The notes under the pieces are model-generated. The model was not told where the DNA came from. It did not search any database and was given only the letters and a program-made list of their open reading frames with translations. Shown here piece after piece: positions 5,890-6,888 of a stretch of 6,888 nucleotides of DNA (position 1 is its first letter; each line of letters opens with the position of its first letter). The position numbers were made by a program, and so were the translations under genes. This DNA comes from a virus (Duplodnaviria; Heunggongvirae; Uroviricota; Caudoviricetes), in the IMG/VR virus record IMGVR_UViG_2684622541_000001. The stretch is one strand, 5' to 3'.

Positions 5890-6888
5890 TCTTCTCCTCC
5901 TCTGTTGATTGTCGCAGCCCGGATTCAAATGCCGCAGCCGCCCAGGCGGGCGGTTTAAGACCAGCTGCGCGGCGCTCCATCGTTTCACGGACCTGCTGGG
6001 CAAAAATTTCCTGATAGTCGTCACCGCGTTTCGCGCACTCTTTCTCGTAGGTGCTCAGTCCGGCTTCTATCAGCATCACCGCTTCCTGAACTTCTTTCAG
6101 ACCATCGATGGCCATACGACCGGAGCCTATCCAGTCGCAGTTCCCCCAGGCACTGCGGGCTTCCTGAAAGCTGAAGCGCGCTTTTGAAGGTAACGTCACC
6201 ACGCGGCGAACGATGGCCTCTTCCAGCCAGCACAGAAACATCTGGCTCGCCTGACGGGATGCGACGAATTTTCGCCGCCCCATAAAGTACGCCCACGACT
6301 CGTTCGCACTGGCCCGTGCCGTGGAGTAGCTCATCTGGGCGTAATTCCGGGAAAGTTGCTCATACGAGACACCCAGCCCGGCAGCGATATACCGCAACAG
6401 TGACTGCTCAAACACGGAGTAGCCGTTATCCGTGTCCTGAGCCGTCTGCAGGTTCAGTGAGTCCCCCGGCATCAGGTGCGGCACTTTTGCGCCTCCCAGA
6501 CGGACCGGTGCTGCGGCGTAATACGCGGCAATTTCACCAATCCAGCCCGTCAGCCTTTCCCGCTGCTCCTTACTGTTCGCGCCCAGAATAAAATCCATCG
6601 CTGACTGCGTATCCAGCTCACTTTCAATGGTGGCGGCATACATCGCCTTCACAATGGCGCTCTGCAGCTGCGTGTTCTGCAGCGTGTCGAGCATCTTCAT
6701 CTGCTCCATTACGCTGTAAAACACATTTGCACCGCGGGTCTGCCCGTCCTCCACGGGTTCAAAAACGTGAATGAACGAGGCGCGCCCGCCGGGTAACTCA
6801 CGGGGTATCCATGTCCATTTCTGCGGCATCCAGCCAGGATAGCCGTCCTCGCTGACGTAATATCCCAGCGCCGCACCGCTGTCATTAA
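5870..6888 (-). CDS. B: Portal protein B, C-terminal about 339 codons; the 5' end lies beyond the window end
   Basis: ORF-track protein ...PQKWTWIPRELPGGRASFIHVFEPVEDGQTRGANVFYSVMEQMKMLDTLQNTQLQ...GLRQSTEEEKSDSRAA matches the C-terminal part of lambda gpB. Hand translation of 6830-6886 continues the frame without a stop (NDSGAALGYYVSEDGYPGW), so the ORF-track Met at 6829 is internal. Stop is at 5870-5872. Confidence 0.9.
   Translation of the reverse strand, partial: NDSGAALGYYVSEDGYPGWMPQKWTWIPRELPGGRASFIHVFEPVEDGQTRGANVFYSVMEQMKMLDTLQNTQLQSAIVKAMYAATIESELDTQSAMDFILGANSKEQRERLTGWIGEIAAYYAAAPVRLGGAKVPHLMPGDSLNLQTAQDTDNGYSVFEQSLLRYIAAGLGVSYEQLSRNYAQMSYSTARASANESWAYFMGRRKFVASRQASQMFLCWLEEAIVRRVVTLPSKARFSFQEARSAWGNCDWIGSGRMAIDGLKEVQEAVMLIEAGLSTYEKECAKRGDDYQEIFAQQVRETMERRAAGLKPPAWAAAAFESGLRQSTEEEKSDSRAA

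Noticed and set aside
5890-6024. Long upstream extension of the C frame (MTTIRKFLPSRSVKRW...) overlapping B
   Set aside because: It is the C frame read back into the B coding region. B is supported by its lambda-matching translation, and the GTG with GGAGGAG at 5889 is the sensible C start.
5909-6591. Plus-strand ORFs 5909-6187 and 6316-6591, and minus-strand ORF 6021-6296
   Set aside because: Antisense to or off-frame within the portal gene B. Arg/Ser/Pro-rich low-complexity translations.
1-6888. Searched for CRISPR repeats, tRNA-like structures, IS terminal inverted repeats, att sites and tandem direct repeats
   Set aside because: No recurring spacer-repeat periodicity, no cloverleaf candidates and no long inverted or direct repeats were seen by eye; the only clear inverted repeat is the E-FI hairpin. 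Repeat content inside the masked blocks is unknowable.

Overview
The window is the reverse complement of a lambda-like (lambdoid) phage or prophage head/tail morphogenesis module. Every supportable gene is on the minus strand, in the canonical lambda order B (portal, 5'-truncated by the window edge) - C (head protease/scaffold) with nested Nu3 - D (decoration) - E (major capsid) - FI - FII - Z - U - V (major tail tube) - G, plus the first codons of the G-T frameshift extension. Calls rest on reading the ORF-track translations against lambda structural proteins as I recall them; no database search was possible. Three runs of N (3387-3824, 4388-4764, 5360-5773) interrupt E, the C/Nu3-D junction and C, and their lengths do not match the canonical gene lengths. 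I see no CRISPR array, tRNA/rRNA, IS element, integrase or defence-type cargo in the resolved sequence, and the resolved gene junctions are tight with no inserted accessory ORFs. Visible sequence therefore looks like an ordinary, well-described structural region; anything novel would have to lie inside the masked blocks, which cannot be assessed. The clearest non-coding signal is a perfect 7-bp hairpin with a UUCG tetraloop plus U-rich tract immediately downstream of E.
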